Counted from the first letter of the stretch, positions 1 through 8,922 are shown. The stretch is DNA of 42,847 nucleotides from Candidatus Niyogibacteria bacterium RIFCSPLOWO2_12_FULL_41_13 (GCA_001821615.1 MHMS01000022.1:1-42847), one strand, 5' to 3'. Translations and numbers: made by a program. The notes: generated from the sequence alone by a model not told the origin.

Positions 1-2
1 TC

Positions 3-992
3 GCCCTGACAAAAGAAGATTTTCCAAGATTGTTAATCGTTCATCGGCCGGACAAAATAAAAAACGCCGGCAATACCCTCGGTCCATTTACGGACGGAAC
101 TTCTCTTAGGGCCGTTTTGAAAATTCTAAGGAAAATTTTTCCTTTCCGAACCTGTAAAAATCCAATCAATAAGCCTTGTTTATATTATGAACTTGGGCTT
201 TGTCCGGCGCACATTAGAGACGGCAAAGCGCAAATCGCAAATGGCAAATGGCAAATGGCGAATCGCAAAAATCTAAAAAACCAATACGCTAAAAATATAA
301 AAAATCTCTTCTTGATTCTCCGGGGCAAAAAAACGAATTTGATTGAATCTTTAAAAAAAGAAATGGTCTCGCTTTCAAAAAAACAACTGTATGAGAAAGC
401 GAATAAAATAAAAAATCGGCTTCTCTATTTTAAAAATATTTTTGACCACGAAAAAGCGATTAAAGAAGAATTTGTCAAGGCAAAATCCAGCTGGCAAAAA
501 ACCGAAAAAGCGCTCCGAGCGCTTTTGAGGACAAATAAAAAAATAAACAGGATTGAGGGTTTTGATGTTTCAAATATCGGAGAAGAACGCGCTGGAGGCG
601 CGATGAGCGTATTTATTAACGGAAAACCCGCAAAAACAGAATATCGCAAATTTAAAATCCGGCTCAAAACCAAAGACGATTTATCCCGATTAAAGGAAAT
701 TATCGCAAGAAGACTGGCCCACAAAGAGTGGAATTTTCCCCAAGCAATTTTAATTGACGGAGGCAAGGCGCACTTAAATATTCTTTTAAAAATCATTCAA
801 AAATTCGGCTTAAAAAATAAAATCGCGGCTTTGGCTTTGGCAAAAGAAGAGGAAAAACTTTATTTGGCCGATGGAAGAACCTTATCGCTGAAACAAAATC
901 CCGATTTATATCCTGTTTTAGCCAACATTCGCGACGAAGCCCACCGCTTTGCTAAGGATTTTTTGGCGGCAAAATATCGGCCGCTTTTTTAA
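3..992 (+). CDS. uvrC: Excinuclease ABC subunit C (UvrC); N-terminus lies off the left edge of the window
   Basis: The frame is open from nt 3. Motifs present: LGPFTDG, LRKIFPFRTC, CLYYELGLC, and endonuclease-domain RIEGFDVSN / IDGGKAHL / IRDEAHRFA. The ORF stops right after that domain, so there is no C-terminal (HhH)2 region. It carries the in-frame heptamer array at 222-270. Confidence 0.8.
   Translation, partial: ALTKEDFPRLLIVHRPDKIKNAGNTLGPFTDGTSLRAVLKILRKIFPFRTCKNPINKPCLYYELGLCPAHIRDGKAQIANGKWQMANRKNLKNQYAKNIKNLFLILRGKKTNLIESLKKEMVSLSKKQLYEKANKIKNRLLYFKNIFDHEKAIKEEFVKAKSSWQKTEKALRALLRTNKKINRIEGFDVSNIGEERAGGAMSVFINGKPAKTEYRKFKIRLKTKDDLSRLKEIIARRLAHKEWNFPQAILIDGGKAHLNILLKIIQKFGLKNKIAALALAKEEEKLYLADGRTLSLKQNPDLYPVLANIRDEAHRFAKDFLAAKYRPLF
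222..270. repeat. Heptanucleotide tandem array (7 units, sGCAAAT-like) in frame inside uvrC
   Basis: Reads ggcaaag cgcaaat cgcaaat ggcaaat ggcaaat ggcgaat cgcaaaa. Encodes GKAQIANGKWQMANRK. Confidence 0.9.
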
Positions 993-1239
993 GGTCCGCT
1001 TCTTTTTGATTGATTATTTCAATCGCCTTGTTTAAAGCCGCTTTGTTGGGAATTTTAATTCTCGGCTCTGAAGGCGCCGCAATCGGCTTTATTGAAGTCT
1101 TTGAAATTTTTCTGAATTCGTAAACTCCAAACAAGACAACAATTATAAAAAGCGAAAAAATAAAAATCAAAAAATACGACCAATAATAAACCGGACTTTT
1201 TGAAAAAATTTTAAAAAAGTTTTTGAAATAAAATTTCAT
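952..1239 (-). CDS. Small membrane-anchored hypothetical protein; last gene of the pilMNO-like operon
   Basis: 95-aa ORF with one hydrophobic helix (YFLIFIFSLFIIVVLFGV). It lies 8 nt downstream of the PilO-like gene on the same strand. Confidence 0.5.
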   Translation of the reverse strand: MKFYFKNFFKIFSKSPVYYWSYFLIFIFSLFIIVVLFGVYEFRKISKTSIKPIAAPSEPRIKIPNKAALNKAIEIINQKEADLKKAADILPPKNP

Positions 1240-1246
1240 GATTAAA

Positions 1247-1765
1247 TCATAAACTCGTGATAAAACTCAAAATTTTAATCCTGAATTGCCCTTTCCATTT
1301 CTTATCCTTTCCTTCTTTTGTGAGACCCGCCTCGTCAATTTCAAGCTGATAAGGCAAATTTTCCATCAAGGCCATAACTCTAAATATATTTTCAAAATTG
1401 CCGCGAAGTTCAAAATTAAAAACCGGATTTTCTTTCTGTTTTTCCGAAACAAGAGCCGATTGAATTTTAATTTCAACGTTTTCCGCCCCGCTTAACTTTT
1501 CAAGTTCTTCAATGAACTCAACTATTTTCTCGTCGCTTAAAAAAACTTTATCCAGTTTGTCTTTATCCGTCTTTTTTTCTTCCAAGAATTTTTTTAAGCC
1601 CGAAACGCTTTTCTGCTCCGATTCAAGAATCGCAAGTTTTAAATTAAGTTCGGAAAGTTCTTTCGCCTTTTTAGAAATTGTCCGCTGAATCCATGCAAAG
1701 CCAAAAGCGCCTGAAACGATAAGCGATAAAACAAGAATCAAAGTTGTTCCAAATTTCATTTTCAT
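1247..1765 (-). CDS. pilO: Type IV pilus assembly protein PilO-like
   Basis: N-terminal TM helix, then a coiled coil, then a small C-terminal domain. It overlaps the PilN-like gene by 4 nt and follows pilM-pilN in the usual order. Confidence 0.6.
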   Translation of the reverse strand: MKMKFGTTLILVLSLIVSGAFGFAWIQRTISKKAKELSELNLKLAILESEQKSVSGLKKFLEEKKTDKDKLDKVFLSDEKIVEFIEELEKLSGAENVEIKIQSALVSEKQKENPVFNFELRGNFENIFRVMALMENLPYQLEIDEAGLTKEGKDKKWKGQFRIKILSFITSL

Positions 1766-2298
1766 TTAAACTCCGCGACTAAATTAAACTCAAAGTCTTT
1801 TTCGCGCAAAATATTCGCAATCGGAGAATAAACATTCTTTATTGACGAGATTCCGTTCAGAGCGGCAACGAATTTCAAAAATTCCGAGCGCGACGGGCTG
1901 CGACCTCGAATCGTTATTCTTGGAATTTTATTGCTGTTTCCAAAAGATATTGTTTCAATTTTCAAGGAGTCGGGCTTTTGTTCCAAAATCTCTGCGAGAA
2001 AAAAAGAAAGGTTTAAAGCATTGTTTTGATTATCCTGAAATGAAATTAATTTTTGATTAAAATCTTGAATTTCCTTTTCAATGTCCCTGATTTCTTTAAA
2101 AATAGACCCTGCTTTAAACGCTTCAATGGTCCTTTTGATTTCTTTTTGTTGCTCATTCAAATAAACAACGAACGGAATGGATAAAATAATGGAAAAAATC
2201 AAAAATGAAAAAAGAAAAATTCCAAAAACCAAAATAAACCGCCTTACCCTCTCTTTTTCAATTATTTTTTTATGCTCTTTGGAAATGATATTTATCAT
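1762..2298 (-). CDS. pilN: Type IV pilus assembly protein PilN-like (fimbrial assembly family)
   Basis: Short cytoplasmic N-terminus, one TM helix (FILVFGIFLFSFLIFSIILSI), a coiled coil and a periplasmic domain. It sits directly downstream of pilM. Confidence 0.65.
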   Translation of the reverse strand: MINIISKEHKKIIEKERVRRFILVFGIFLFSFLIFSIILSIPFVVYLNEQQKEIKRTIEAFKAGSIFKEIRDIEKEIQDFNQKLISFQDNQNNALNLSFFLAEILEQKPDSLKIETISFGNSNKIPRITIRGRSPSRSEFLKFVAALNGISSIKNVYSPIANILREKDFEFNLVAEFK

Positions 2299-2303
2299 AT
2301 AAA

Positions 2304-3383
2304 TTATTCGCCCTGAAAGCCCCTTAAAGCCAAACCAATGGCGACGCTATAAGCCAGAGATTCACTCTTTCTTATTTCCGGAACATAATCCTCAAAAGAG
2401 CCGACTTTAATCCATGGATTTCCGAGCCGCGCCGGAATCAATAAACGCTGGCTTAAATATTCTGGGAGCCCGCTGAGATTCGCGTCGCCGCCGGCCAAAA
2501 TAATTTCTTTAATGCCGCTTTTTTCTTTCGATTGATGCAATAAATGATTCTGCCAATAATCCTGATGTTTTCTGATTTCATCTTCCAAAGAAGAGAGAAT
2601 CGGCAAAATCGCTTCGTAAATCCCGCCCTTTTTCTTTAATCCCGTTAAACTGAAATCCTTTTTGATTTTTTCGGCCTCAAAAGGATTTACGCCCATCGCT
2701 CTCGCAATCAACTTTTCCAAATCGCGCCCGCCCAAAGGAATGGTTGAAGTAAAACGAAGAGAATGCCCCCTTAAAACGGAAAATGTTGTCCTTGTTTTCC
2801 CGAAATCAATAATTAAAATATTCTCTTTATTGTCTTCCGGAACCAGGCTTCTCGCCAAACTTAATGACTCAAGTTCAATCGCAATCGGCGCAAAGCCGGC
2901 CCTCTCAAAAACTTCGTAATAGTCGTAAACGATATTTTTTGGAAAAGCCAAAAGAAGAACATCAAAATGATCGGATTTAAGAGACGAGGAAGTGATTTCA
3001 AAATCAAAAATAATGTTCTCTTTTTTAAGAGGCACATATTGCTCAATCTGAAAAGAAAGACTGATTTTTATTTCTTCTTCGCTCATTTTAGGAAGTTCAA
3101 CCAAGCTTAAAAAAGCTTTCTCTTCGGGCAAGGAAAAAACAACATGCGTAAAACCGCGAACCTGCCTTATTTTTTTCAAAAAAGAAACGAGTTCCTCTTT
3201 CTTTTTTATTTCGCCGTTAATAATAATTCCCTCTTCTAAAATCTCCTCGCCGAATTTCTTTAATCTTAAGTAACTCTTATTCTTTTCAAATTCAACGAAT
3301 TTTATTGAGCGGTCGGAAACATCAATTCCGACTCCTCTCATCATCAGATATTCCGGCGGAGGAATTAAATCGGTAAGTTTCAT
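2304..3383 (-). CDS. pilM: Type IV pilus assembly ATPase-like protein PilM (actin/HSP70 fold)
   Basis: Motifs GIDVSDRSIKFVE, IIDFGKTRTTFSV and ILAGGDANLSGLPEYL. I start the gene at the internal ATG (MKLTDL) because a TGcTATAAT promoter lies inside the longer 3416 ORF, 6 nt upstream of this ATG. Confidence 0.8.
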   Translation of the reverse strand: MKLTDLIPPPEYLMMRGVGIDVSDRSIKFVEFEKNKSYLRLKKFGEEILEEGIIINGEIKKKEELVSFLKKIRQVRGFTHVVFSLPEEKAFLSLVELPKMSEEEIKISLSFQIEQYVPLKKENIIFDFEITSSSLKSDHFDVLLLAFPKNIVYDYYEVFERAGFAPIAIELESLSLARSLVPEDNKENILIIDFGKTRTTFSVLRGHSLRFTSTIPLGGRDLEKLIARAMGVNPFEAEKIKKDFSLTGLKKKGGIYEAILPILSSLEDEIRKHQDYWQNHLLHQSKEKSGIKEIILAGGDANLSGLPEYLSQRLLIPARLGNPWIKVGSFEDYVPEIRKSESLAYSVAIGLALRGFQGE

Positions 3384-3389
3384 TGATTT

Positions 3390-3398
3390 ATTATAGCA
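3390..3398 (-). promoter_or_regulatory. Extended -10 promoter (TGcTATAAT), probably giving a leaderless pilM mRNA
   Basis: The minus strand reads TTTTTTGCTATAAT-aaatca-ATG. The same 15-mer ATTATAGCAAAAAAT recurs upstream of the archease gene at 7392-7406. Confidence 0.5.
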
Positions 3399-3480
3399 AA
3401 AAATAGCATTTGCCAAAATTGCGAAAATGGCATATAATCGTCAATAAAGGTCGGCAAAATTGGCTTAAATAATTAAATTT

Positions 3481-3735
3481 ATGGAAAAAGAAATTGGAAA
3501 AGTCGTCCATTATTTTGACCATGTCCAAGCGGCGGTGGTGGCTTTGACGGCTGATTTGAAAATCGGGGACACCGTAAAATTCGTAAGGCACGATGAAGAA
3601 GTTTTTCATCAAAAGGTTGAGTCAATGCAGATTGAACACAAAGCGGTAACCGAAGCAAAGGCCGGCGAAGAAACGGCGATTAAAGTTGAACACAAAGTAA
3701 AACAAGGGACGATAGTTTATAAGATTGAGGAATAA
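3481..3735 (+). CDS. Small beta-barrel protein resembling translation elongation factor domain 2
   Basis: 84-aa ORF with a pattern (IGKVVHYF..VAVV.L...LKIGD.V.F......Q.V.SMQ.....V..A..G...AIKV) typical of stand-alone EF-Tu domain-2-like proteins. Confidence 0.5.
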   Translation: MEKEIGKVVHYFDHVQAAVVALTADLKIGDTVKFVRHDEEVFHQKVESMQIEHKAVTEAKAGEETAIKVEHKVKQGTIVYKIEE

Positions 3736-3780
3736 ACAACCGAAGGGTAAGTAAAAAATTTTAAATTCCAAATTTTCAAT

Positions 3781-3856
3781 GGAGACATTGGTGTAGCAGT
3801 CAGCACTGGAACCTGTGGAGTTCCCAGCAGGGGTGCGAATCCCCTATGTCTCCCCA
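3781..3856 (+). tRNA. tRNA-His (anticodon GTG) with encoded G-1 and CCA
   Basis: Hand-folded cloverleaf. G-1 at 3781 pairs with discriminator C3853. Acceptor GAGACAT/ATGTCTC; D stem GTGT/GCAC; anticodon stem GGAAC/GTTCC with loop CTGTGGA; T stem AGGGG/CCCCT. The T loop is TGCGAAT (G at position 55), which is unusual. Confidence 0.85.
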
Positions 3857-3924
3857 AAATAATATCTGCATTCGCTTATTTTTTTTATTAAAAATAAAAT
3901 AGATATGTATAATAGAACACTCTT

Positions 3925-4524
3925 ATGACAAGGGAAAATAAAAGATTGGCGAGTTTTCTTTTTGAAGTTGGAACCATGCGAAAATTGCTTCGAATGCATC
4001 GTCAAACTCTTTTAACCGACGATATGTCTGATAACATAGCTTCTCATTCTTTTCGCGTCGCTATTATTGGCTGGATTTTAGCAAAGAAAGAAATGGTTAA
4101 TCCTTATAAAACAGCAATAATGTGTCTCTTGCATGATTTAGGCGAAATAAGAAGCAATGATCATAATTGGGTGCACAAAAGATATACAAAGGTTTTTGAT
4201 AAACACATAATCAAAGAACAACTCGGTTCATTGCCGTTTGATGATTTTCATAAGCTGGCAAAAGAATATGATGAAAGAAAAAGCAAAGAAGCGATTATTA
4301 CCAAAGATGCCGATTATCTTGACCAATTGCTACTTCTGAAAGAATATGATTGGCAAGGAAATAAAGAAGCTCGCGTATGGCTTCATGGCAAAGGCGGAGA
4401 GAAAACTAATGCCCAATTAAAAAAATTAAAACTTAGATCTTCAAAAGAATTAGGGCAAGCTATTTATAAAGAAATCCCGTCTGGTTGGTGGAATAATCTC
4501 TGGACGAATAAAAACCGCAAATAA
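3925..4524 (+). CDS. HD-domain phosphohydrolase (YfbR-like 5'-nucleotidase family)
   Basis: HSFRVAIIG ... LLHDLGE ... DADYLD metal-binding pattern. A TATAAT at 3908-3913 lies only 11 nt upstream of the ATG. Confidence 0.7.
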   Translation: MTRENKRLASFLFEVGTMRKLLRMHRQTLLTDDMSDNIASHSFRVAIIGWILAKKEMVNPYKTAIMCLLHDLGEIRSNDHNWVHKRYTKVFDKHIIKEQLGSLPFDDFHKLAKEYDERKSKEAIITKDADYLDQLLLLKEYDWQGNKEARVWLHGKGGEKTNAQLKKLKLRSSKELGQAIYKEIPSGWWNNLWTNKNRK

Positions 4525-4542
4525 TTACTTTTTAAAAAATCA

Positions 4543-5067
4543 ATGAAAAAAGTTTTGTTTATTTTGGCAAAAGAAGGATTTCGCGACGAAGAATTCTTCA
4601 CGCCCGCGGAAATTTTGAAAAATGCTGGAAATCAGTTTTTTGTCGCTTCGGACGCGCCAGTCGGCAAAACAGCCGAGGGCGCGAACGGCGGAGATATAAA
4701 AATTGATTTTGATTATAAAAATATAAATCCGGTTGATTTTGATTTAATAGTTTTTGTCGGCGGCCCGGGCGCGCTCAAACATCTGAATAATGAAATAAGT
4801 TATCAAATAGCAAGAAAAACTATTGAGGCCGGCAAAAAACTGGCGGCAATCTGCATCGCGCCGACCATTTTAGCGAGAGCCGGAGTTTTAAAAGGCAAAA
4901 GAGCGACCGCCTGGACTTCGGCTTTAAACAAAAAATCAATTGACATTCTGAAAGAAAACGGCGCGGAATACGTTGATAAACCGGTGGTGGAAGATGAAAT
5001 CATCACCGCCAACGGCCCCGAATCAGCCGAAGAATTCGGCAATGTTCTCAAGAAAATTTTAGAATAA
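4543..5067 (+). CDS. DJ-1/PfpI family protein
   Basis: Class I glutamine-amidotransferase-like fold signature, with the nucleophile elbow AAICIAP and VFVGGPG. Confidence 0.75.
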   Translation: MKKVLFILAKEGFRDEEFFTPAEILKNAGNQFFVASDAPVGKTAEGANGGDIKIDFDYKNINPVDFDLIVFVGGPGALKHLNNEISYQIARKTIEAGKKLAAICIAPTILARAGVLKGKRATAWTSALNKKSIDILKENGAEYVDKPVVEDEIITANGPESAEEFGNVLKKILE

Positions 5068-5556
5068 TTCGCGAAGTTCAAATAAAGCGATTCCGGCCGC
5101 CACGCTTACATTTAAAGATTCTTTTTTTCCAGCCATTGGAATTTCAATAATCGCGTCCGAGACCTTTAAAATATCCGATGAGAGTCCTCGGACTTCGTTG
5201 CCTAAAATTAAAGCCAGGCCGGATTTGGCTTTAATTTTAAAAAAATATTTTTTTGAAAAATCTTTATAAGAATTCGCCTTTTTATGCTGTTCTAATGCAA
5301 TTATAAAAATTTTCTCTTTTTTCAATTTTTCAATCAGTCGGGAGATATTCGCGAATTTTTCAAACGCGATGGATTTTTCCGCTCCGAGAGCGGTTCTACT
5401 CACCTCTTTTCTCGTCCCGCCGAATCTATCGGTCGGGCTCGGAGTGTATCCGGTTAAAAAAACTTTATCCGCTCCCGCTCCTTCGGCGGTTCTCAAAATC
5501 GCCCCTAAATTATAAAGACTGCGGATGTTGTGAAGAATTAAATATAAATTTTTCAT
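5059..5556 (-). CDS. SpoU/TrmH-family RNA 2'-O-methyltransferase
   Basis: SPOUT motifs NLGAILRTAEGAG, LILGNEVRGLS and IPMAGKKESLNVSVAAGIALFE. Confidence 0.75.
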   Translation of the reverse strand: MKNLYLILHNIRSLYNLGAILRTAEGAGADKVFLTGYTPSPTDRFGGTRKEVSRTALGAEKSIAFEKFANISRLIEKLKKEKIFIIALEQHKKANSYKDFSKKYFFKIKAKSGLALILGNEVRGLSSDILKVSDAIIEIPMAGKKESLNVSVAAGIALFELRELF

Positions 5557-5571
5557 CTTGAATCACGAATC

Positions 5572-6972
5572 TCAACCTTTAATTACGGCTATTGGTTTTA
5601 ATCTCGCGACTTTTTTGGCAATGCCGATTTGCGAAACCACATCAACCACTGCTTCAATATCTTTATAGGCAACCGGGGATTCCTCGGCCAAGCCCTTCCA
5701 AGAGCCGCTCCTTATTGCGATTCCTCGCGCTTCCAATTCTTTTTTTAATTCCCCTCCTCTTACTTGGCGCAAAGCGGCATGGCGCGACATTATTCTGCCC
5801 GCGCCATGGCAAGAACTGCCAAAACTTTGTTCCATTGCTTTTTGCCGGCCGATTAAAATATAAGAACTCGTTCCCATTGAACCGGGAATCAAAACCGGTT
5901 GACCCGGAAAAGCCCGGGTCGCGCCTTTGCGGTGAACAATGACTTTTTTTACTCTGCCGTCAACTTGATGGTCTTCTATTTTTGCCAAATTATGAGCAAT
6001 ATCATAAACGACTCGCAAGTCTTCCTTCTTGCCGAAAATCGCCTGCCACGCCTTGCGAACCTCCCAAGTTATTAACTGGCGATTTGCCCAAGCAAAATTG
6101 GCTCCGCAGGACATCGCCTTAAAATAATCCTGGCCTTCTTTAGAATCAAAAGGGCTTCCGGCTAATTCCCGGTCGGGCAAAATTATCCCGTACTTGGGCA
6201 TTACCCTTAACATTATTTTTATATAATCAGTCGCTATTTGATGGCCAAAACCGCGCGAACCAGTATGAATTTGAACCAAGGTTTGATTTTTAAACAAGCC
6301 CAAGGTTTTGGCCGCCCCTTCATCAAAGAGTTCGTCAATTCTTGCGACTTCCACGAAATGATTTCCCGCGCCCATTGTGCCCAGCTGGTCGCGGCCGCGG
6401 TCTTTGGCGCGAAAAGAAACTTTTGAGGCATCCGCGCCCTCAAGCTCTCCTTGAGACTCAATAAATTTTAAATCTTCCGGCTCGCCGTATCCATCTTCAA
6501 CAATTTTCCTCGCTCCTTTTGACAAAACTTCGTCTAATTCTTTGTCGTTTAATTTCAATCTCCCGCTCCGGCCAACGCCGGAAGGCACTTCTTTGTTTAT
6601 TGCGTCGGCCAGTTTTTCCAACTCGGGTTTAACTTCGTCAAAACTTTTGTCGGATTTTAAAATTCTGATCCCGCAGTTGATGTCATAACCCACGGCGCCG
6701 GGTGAAATCAAGCCGTCGGGATATTGAGTCGCAAACACTCCGCCAATCGGCGCGCCGTAACCCTCGTGAACATCGGGCATCGCCAAAACATATTTTTGAA
6801 CGCCGGGCAAAGTCGCGGTATTCACAAGCTGGTTCATTGAAGCGTCTCTTAAAGATTCTTTGAGTATTTTTTCCGAAGCAAAAACACGCGCCGAAACTTT
6901 CATGTCTTTGCGAAAGCTTTTCGGAATTTCCCAAACTAAATCGCTGATTTTATTAAAATCTTCAATTCTCAT
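5572..6972 (-). CDS. rtcB: RNA-splicing ligase RtcB (3'-phosphate/5'-hydroxyl RNA ligase)
   Basis: Full-length match to RtcB signatures: GYDINCGIR, GAGNHFVE, HTGSRGFGHQ, PGSMGTSSY and SSCHGAGR. Confidence 0.92.
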   Translation of the reverse strand: MRIEDFNKISDLVWEIPKSFRKDMKVSARVFASEKILKESLRDASMNQLVNTATLPGVQKYVLAMPDVHEGYGAPIGGVFATQYPDGLISPGAVGYDINCGIRILKSDKSFDEVKPELEKLADAINKEVPSGVGRSGRLKLNDKELDEVLSKGARKIVEDGYGEPEDLKFIESQGELEGADASKVSFRAKDRGRDQLGTMGAGNHFVEVARIDELFDEGAAKTLGLFKNQTLVQIHTGSRGFGHQIATDYIKIMLRVMPKYGIILPDRELAGSPFDSKEGQDYFKAMSCGANFAWANRQLITWEVRKAWQAIFGKKEDLRVVYDIAHNLAKIEDHQVDGRVKKVIVHRKGATRAFPGQPVLIPGSMGTSSYILIGRQKAMEQSFGSSCHGAGRIMSRHAALRQVRGGELKKELEARGIAIRSGSWKGLAEESPVAYKDIEAVVDVVSQIGIAKKVARLKPIAVIKG

Positions 6973-7373
6973 ATGTCAAAAATCAAAATTACTTCAAAAT
7001 TTCCGTCTGTTTTTTTTATTTCCGCTCCGTGGTAAGTAACGGCTTTAATGTCTTTATCAAAACCTTTTTTAACTTTATAACCGAAAATTTTTCCTTTCAA
7101 CTTGTTTTTTTCAAAAACTTCAAACTCAACGGCTTGAAAAACCGCTTTGTTCGCGTAGGCGTCGTATAAAACCTCATTCAAAAAATCAACCAACAAAGAA
7201 GTCTGGTCGGCCGAATCAACCGCGATTTCTTTTAAAATTTTTTCTTTTTCAGGCAATTTCTCTTTCAAAACCTCCGCCATTCCTTTTAGAGCTTGCTTAA
7301 AAAGTTCTTCTTTGTTTTTTGCCAAGACCTTAAGCCGCAAATCGGCGATATGTCCAAGAACTTGATAAGCCAT
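6969..7373 (-). CDS. Archease (RtcB activator)
   Basis: 134 aa with the N-terminal H.AD motif (GHIADLRL) and C-terminal KAVTYHG. It overlaps rtcB by 4 nt. Confidence 0.85.
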   Translation of the reverse strand: MAYQVLGHIADLRLKVLAKNKEELFKQALKGMAEVLKEKLPEKEKILKEIAVDSADQTSLLVDFLNEVLYDAYANKAVFQAVEFEVFEKNKLKGKIFGYKVKKGFDKDIKAVTYHGAEIKKTDGNFEVILIFDI

Positions 7374-7449
7374 AATTAAAAATTTATAATAATTATAGCA
7401 AAAAATCAGCCCTTTAAACTTTTTAAACCCTTAAAACAGGAGGCGGCAA

Positions 7450-7923
7450 ATGAAAACGCTTATCATGTTGATTCTTGCGCTGATTTTAACCGGATGCGCG
7501 AATGACAAAACAATGATTAGAGCAGCCCAGCAAAAGATTGTAAAAACAGGCGATGGCGGACAGAATGAATTAGAAAAAGCTTTTCACACGCTTGACCCGC
7601 ATTTTTATGCTTTTTGTCACCTCGTTGATTCTTACGCGAAATTAATCAAAAAATTGTCTGCTCTTGATGAAACCAAGAAAAGAAGATTTCTCTCGGTGGT
7701 TGAAGAGAACGCCTTAATGGGGCTTGACTTAACTTATCAGGGTTTAAAAACAAGCTATCAAAAACAATGGGAAGATATTGAGGCAAATCCTGACGAAGTT
7801 AGGATTAGGTCCGAAAAAATTCTATCGGATGTTCTTAAAAACACGATAGACATCAAGATGGCTGTAAAATTCGTTGAGAAGATTCTTTCTCAAATTAATC
7901 TTCAAAAAATAAAAATCATTTAA
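7450..7923 (+). CDS. Hypothetical lipoprotein
   Basis: Signal peptide with lipobox LTGC. AGGAGG lies 6 nt upstream of the ATG. The rest is helical with no recognisable family. Confidence 0.6.
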   Translation: MKTLIMLILALILTGCANDKTMIRAAQQKIVKTGDGGQNELEKAFHTLDPHFYAFCHLVDSYAKLIKKLSALDETKKRRFLSVVEENALMGLDLTYQGLKTSYQKQWEDIEANPDEVRIRSEKILSDVLKNTIDIKMAVKFVEKILSQINLQKIKII

Positions 7924-7945
7924 CCCTTCGGGGTTATTTTTTTTT
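7922..7945 (+). terminator. Intrinsic terminator (AACCC-TTCG-GGGTT followed by T9)
   Basis: 5-bp stem with a UUCG loop at 7922-7935, followed by a T run at 7937-7945. It sits between convergent genes. Confidence 0.75.
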
Positions 7946-8915
7946 ATTGGATGATTTTCTTGAATTCCTCAATGAGCGGCGTTTGTTCCGGGTCAACGCC
8001 GTATTCTTCCGCCAAATAATAAGAAGTCCAATCCGCTAAAATCAAAGAAGAGAAAATTTTATGAAAAATATTTTTGTCGTTTAATTCTAAAACCTCAATC
8101 GGCAAATTTTTTTCCTTAAATAATTTTGCCGTTGTTTCCATTCTTTTTTGAATTCTCGGATTATCTTCGTCGTCTTTTAAAAAAATAAAATAAAAATTCC
8201 GCGACAAGTTTTTATTCGTAAAACCGTTCATTTCATTGTGATTCAATTCCGGAAAAACATTGCAAAAAGCCGGGATTTTTGAGGTTTCATTAAATTTGAT
8301 TTTCCAGGCGTAAGCGACCGCGGAATTGCGAGCCGAAGAATAAATAACCGGAATAAAATCTTTTAATTTTTGCGCCAAATTTTTGCCGGCATTTTCACAG
8401 TCTTGAGGATTTAATAAATTTGCCAATTCGCTCGCCTGTTTTAATCCTTCCTTGTCGCCGATTATTTCAAGCAAGGCTTTAATTTGATGGCCAAGCGCCA
8501 TTCTCGGCTGAAGACCGACATTGGGCAGTTGAATAAAAGGAATGGAATTGCCTTTGGCTAGCTCAATAAGCTTTCCTCCGGTTGAAATAACCGCCGCCCG
8601 CAAACTCATTTCCAACGTTTTGTCAAAACTATCAAGGACTTCTTCGGTGTCGCCTGAATAAGAATTTAAAATAACAAGGCGCTCGTTTAAATCAGACAAC
8701 GCCAGCAATCCATAATCGCGATGAATGATTATATCTAAATCCGGTTTAAATATTTTCAGCAATCCGCCGACCAAACCCGACCCTCCCATTCCAACGATAA
8801 CAAGCTTTTTTACGCCCAAAAACCCGCTTGGAAGCTTAGCTTCCAAGCGGACGATTTCCGGCTGCCATTCAAACTGCTTTGAAAAATTTTTAATGATTTC
8901 AGAATAGACTTTCAT
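7944..8915 (-). CDS. Bifunctional phosphoglucose/phosphomannose isomerase (SIS domain family)
   Basis: SIS motif VGMGGSG, and a C-terminal domain with the NHNE..G pattern typical of archaeal/CPR-type PGI/PMI. Confidence 0.75.
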   Translation of the reverse strand: MKVYSEIIKNFSKQFEWQPEIVRLEAKLPSGFLGVKKLVIVGMGGSGLVGGLLKIFKPDLDIIIHRDYGLLALSDLNERLVILNSYSGDTEEVLDSFDKTLEMSLRAAVISTGGKLIELAKGNSIPFIQLPNVGLQPRMALGHQIKALLEIIGDKEGLKQASELANLLNPQDCENAGKNLAQKLKDFIPVIYSSARNSAVAYAWKIKFNETSKIPAFCNVFPELNHNEMNGFTNKNLSRNFYFIFLKDDEDNPRIQKRMETTAKLFKEKNLPIEVLELNDKNIFHKIFSSLILADWTSYYLAEEYGVDPEQTPLIEEFKKIIQ

Positions 8916-8922
8916 TGCGAAT

